DNA from: Alphaproteobacteria bacterium
GTDB taxonomy: Bacteria > Pseudomonadota > Alphaproteobacteria > Bin95
Assembly: GCA_964291285.2 (NCBI GenBank)
Contig: OZ219785.1
Location: 896,001 to 960,000, forward strand
Length of the DNA: 64,000 nt
Direction: 5' to 3'
Shown: in pieces, positions 61,167 to 64,000 of the stretch
Position numbering within the stretch: the first letter of the stretch is position 1
Layout: each line of letters opens with the position of its first letter
The notes under the pieces: model-generated
The model's input: only the letters and a program-made list of their open reading frames with translations
Databases searched by the model: none
Told to the model about the DNA's origin: nothing
Made by a program: the position numbers and the translations under genes

Positions 61167-62005
61167 CAGTGCCCGCCGTTGGGCAAGGCCGGATCGTAGA
61201 TCGGCTTGCCCATCGGGCGCGTCCTCAGCGTTCCTTCCTGCAACCGGTCGATCCGGTCCCGCGCGATCTCGATATAGCGGGGCACGGTATCGCAGCCCCA
61301 CGCCGACCGCCCGTGCCTGAGCGCCGCGATGGCGGACGAGCCGACGCCGAGATAGGGGTCGAACACCGCATCGCCCTCATCCGTCATGGACAGCACCAGC
61401 CGCTCCACGAGCTCCACGGGGAACTGGCACGGGTGGACGGTCTTCTCCGGGTGGTTGTTCTTCACATTCGGGAACTGCCACACGTCGGAGGGGTTCTTGC
61501 CCTTCGGATTGCCCGACAACTCCCCGGCGCGCGGCCCCTTGAAGTGGCGCTTGCCGGGATATTTCGACGGCACCCGGATCGGGTCCAGATGCCAGGTGTA
61601 GTCGTCGCCTTTCGTCCACCAGTTGACGGTCTCGTACCGCCCGGACAGGCGCTTCGAGCAATGCAGCCCGTGTCCGAAATGCCAGACGATGCGGTTGCGC
61701 AGCTTCAACCCCTGTTCGGCGAACACCGGATAGAGGATCGAGTCGAGCGGGAAGATTTCGCCGCCCGCGACGCTGTTGCCGACCTGCCAGCAGATCGAGC
61801 CCCTGTCATCCAGAAGGCGAACGCATTCCGCGACCACGCGCCGCTGGCTCTCGACCCAGGCATCCAGCGACAGCCGCGCGCGCTCATACGACTTGCCGAG
61901 ATTGTAGGGCGGCGAAGTGACGATCAGCTTGAACGCGCCATCCCCGATGCCTTCCATGAAGTCGAGATTGTCCGCGCACTCAATGACGGCCCGCGCGCCC
62001 GTCAT
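61166..62005 (-). CDS. N4/N6 DNA methyltransferase (beta class)
   Basis: TSPPY precedes HPCQFP and VFDPYLGVGS. Confidence 0.93.
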   Translation of the reverse strand: MTGARAVIECADNLDFMEGIGDGAFKLIVTSPPYNLGKSYERARLSLDAWVESQRRVVAECVRLLDDRGSICWQVGNSVAGGEIFPLDSILYPVFAEQGLKLRNRIVWHFGHGLHCSKRLSGRYETVNWWTKGDDYTWHLDPIRVPSKYPGKRHFKGPRAGELSGNPKGKNPSDVWQFPNVKNNHPEKTVHPCQFPVELVERLVLSMTDEGDAVFDPYLGVGSSAIAALRHGRSAWGCDTVPRYIEIARDRIDRLQEGTLRTRPMGKPIYDPALPNGGH

Positions 62006-62175
62006 GCGCCTCGCGCTCCCGACGCCAAGCAGATCACGGTTTCCTCGCCCACATGATCATCAATGAAGGATTGCAGCGATTCGCCCTCCGGGGAAGCGGC
62101 GGCCTGTGCATGAATGCGATTTGCCGCGCGATCCGCGACGTGAGCCGTGACGCTTTCGCCTGATAGTCGGGCCAT
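62002..62175 (-). pseudogene. Short ORF resembling an IS1595 transposase fragment, coupled to the MTase
   Basis: DRAANRIHAQ...LQSFIDDHV..ETVI resembles the IS1595 DDE core preceding the YTD motif; ATGA overlap with the MTase. Confidence 0.5.
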
Positions 62176-62204
62176 GCCCTCTCTCATTCCGCCAATAGTT
62201 TTCG

Positions 62205-62219
62205 GAACTTAAAACGAAC
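62205..62219. promoter_or_regulatory. Alphaproteobacterial LexA (SOS) box
   Basis: GAAC-TTAAAAC-GAAC, 12 bp downstream of a minus-strand TTGACA (62237-62232). Confidence 0.65.
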
Positions 62220-62263
62220 ATATGAGGGGCATGTCAAGTCCGAAAATTCAAGCCTGCCGGCCG

Positions 62264-63457
62264 TCAGATCACGCCCTCCTCCCTGAGCCGCGCCGCGGTT
62301 TCGGCGTCGATGCCGCAATGCTCGGCGAGCACCTCGTCCGTGTGCTCGCTCAAGGTGGGCGGGCGGCGGATGTCGGCGGGGGAGTCGGAGAGCTTGATCG
62401 GGCAGCCGACGGTCTGGTAGGCGCCGCGGCCGGGGTAATCGACCTCCACGATCATCTCCCGCTCGCGCAGATGCGGGTCGGCCAGCACCTCGCCCGTGTC
62501 CTGGCAGGCCCCGCAGGGCACGCCGGCGGCGCCGAGCAGCTTCATCACCTCGAACTTGCTGCGCCGGCGGGTCCAGCTTTCGAGGAGCGCGTTGTATTCC
62601 TCGCGGTGCTCCCAGCGGCCCGCCGGCGTCTCGAAGCGCGGGTCGTCCAGTTCCGGAATGTCCACCACGCTGCGGAAGCCCTCATACATCTGCGGCTGGC
62701 AGAAGATATAGACATAGTCGTTCGGACCGCCGGGCGCGCAGGGATAGGTGGAGCCGGGCACGGTCTGGCCCAGCTGGTTGCCGCGCCGTGGCTGCACCAT
62801 GCCCTGGCGCTGGTGGTCCCGCAGGCTGACGCGCAATATGTTGACCACCGCCTCCTGCATCGCGACCTCGACCTTCTGGCCCTTGCCCGTCTGGTGGCGC
62901 TGCTGGAGCGCGGCCAGCAGGCCGATGGCGAGGTGCATGCCGGTGCCGGAATCGCCGATGGCGGGCCAGGTGTAGGTGGGCGGGTTCTCCGGGAAGCCGG
63001 TGACGCTCATCGCCCCGCCCATGGCCTGGGCGATGGGCTCGAAGGCCTTGTAGCCGGAGTTCGGCCCGTAGCTGCCGAAGCCCTTGATGGTGCCGTAGAT
63101 GAGGCGGGGATTGATCTCCGCCAGCACGTCGTAGCCGAGGCCGAGCCGGTCGAGCGCGCCCGGCGAGAAGTTCTCGACCAGCATGTCCACTTCCGCGATC
63201 AGCTTTTTGAACAGCGCCTTGCCGTCTTCGGTCTTCAGGTTGAGGGTCAGGCTCTTCTTGTTGGCGTTCAGCACCAGGAAGAACAGCCCGTCCTGGCCCG
63301 GAATGTCCGGCATCGCCCGGCGCGCGGCCTCGCCCCGGCCCGGCTCCTCCAGCTTGATGACCTCGGCGCCGAGCCAGGCCAGCACCTGCGTGCAGGCGGG
63401 GCCCGCCTGGTTGTGGGTCATGTCGATGATCCTGACGCCGTTCAGGGCCGCGCTCAT
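62264..63457 (-). CDS. CaiB/BaiF family III CoA-transferase (formyl-CoA transferase-like)
   Basis: QAGPACTQ.LAWLGA, NKKSLTLNLK, ENF.PG, GDSGTGMH. Confidence 0.92.
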   Translation of the reverse strand: MSAALNGVRIIDMTHNQAGPACTQVLAWLGAEVIKLEEPGRGEAARRAMPDIPGQDGLFFLVLNANKKSLTLNLKTEDGKALFKKLIAEVDMLVENFSPGALDRLGLGYDVLAEINPRLIYGTIKGFGSYGPNSGYKAFEPIAQAMGGAMSVTGFPENPPTYTWPAIGDSGTGMHLAIGLLAALQQRHQTGKGQKVEVAMQEAVVNILRVSLRDHQRQGMVQPRRGNQLGQTVPGSTYPCAPGGPNDYVYIFCQPQMYEGFRSVVDIPELDDPRFETPAGRWEHREEYNALLESWTRRRSKFEVMKLLGAAGVPCGACQDTGEVLADPHLREREMIVEVDYPGRGAYQTVGCPIKLSDSPADIRRPPTLSEHTDEVLAEHCGIDAETAARLREEGVI

Positions 63458-63508
63458 GGGGGGCCGCTCCTTCTTGTCCTCATTGCCGGGCCGGCTATGC
63501 TCGCCGCC

Positions 63509-64000
63509 ATGACGCAGCAAATTCCGGGGACGGTCAACGGGTCGGCCTTCGCCGTCGGCGGCTGGGAGGTCGATATCCTCGTCACCGGCTTTCCGGGCAA
63601 ATCCGTCCGCCACGGCTCGCTCGGCTGGAGCACCATCGCGCTCGTCCGGCGCGGCGGGAGGCTGGCGCTGGTGGACTGCGGCGCGTTCGGCCACCGCAAG
63701 CTGCTGATGGCGGAGCTCGAACGGCGCGGCCTCGGGCCTTCCGACATCACCGACCTGCTGCTGACCCACACCCATTACGACCATGCGGTCAACTGGGTGC
63801 TGTTCCCCAACGCGCGGGTGGCGGTGGGCGCGGTCGAGCTCGACTGGGCGCTCGGCGAGCCCTGGGGCCGGACGGTGGTGCCCGAGCTCTATGTGCGCGA
63901 GCTCGGCCTCTTCCCGAAGACGGAGCGGATCGCGGACGGCGGCGAGGTGTTCCCCGGCATCACCGCGCACCTGGCGCCGGGGCACACGCCGGGCTGCCTG
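63509..64000 (+). CDS. MBL-fold metallo-hydrolase (3'-truncated by window edge)
   Basis: Translated by hand: LVDCG, THTHYDH, APGHTPG. Confidence 0.88.
   Translation, partial: MTQQIPGTVNGSAFAVGGWEVDILVTGFPGKSVRHGSLGWSTIALVRRGGRLALVDCGAFGHRKLLMAELERRGLGPSDITDLLLTHTHYDHAVNWVLFPNARVAVGAVELDWALGEPWGRTVVPELYVRELGLFPKTERIADGGEVFPGITAHLAPGHTPGCL

Overview
High-GC genomic window, most likely from an Alphaproteobacterium (GAAC-N7-GAAC LexA box, alphaproteobacterial REP-like palindromes, three TRAP transporters, rplM-rpsI-argC). The backbone is catabolic and housekeeping genes. It is interrupted by lower-GC defence-type insertions and seven IS insertions with readable target duplications (2x IS5, IS1634, 2x IS256, ISAs1, IS21), four of which split a gene that can be restored in frame. 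The main candidate system is at 1.4-8.6 kb: a translationally coupled cysteine desulfurase - DndC-like PAPS-reductase - DUF262/DUF1524 nuclease operon converging on a GIY-YIG + DGQHR (DndB-like) pair. It looks like a DNA-phosphorothioation-type locus with no dndD/dndE or sspB/sspC in the window. Other points of note: a 4.05-kb IS21-type element carrying a Cys-rich ORF and a TOPRIM/primase-like passenger; a secreted 20-Cys ([10 protein letters not shown])x6 peptide divergent from an FGE-sulfatase-domain gene; a stand-alone OLD-like ATPase-TOPRIM nuclease bracketed by a duplicated cupin segment; and a BglII-like R-M pair behind a LexA box and an IS1595-like relic. Family assignments come from motif recognition by eye, not database searches.
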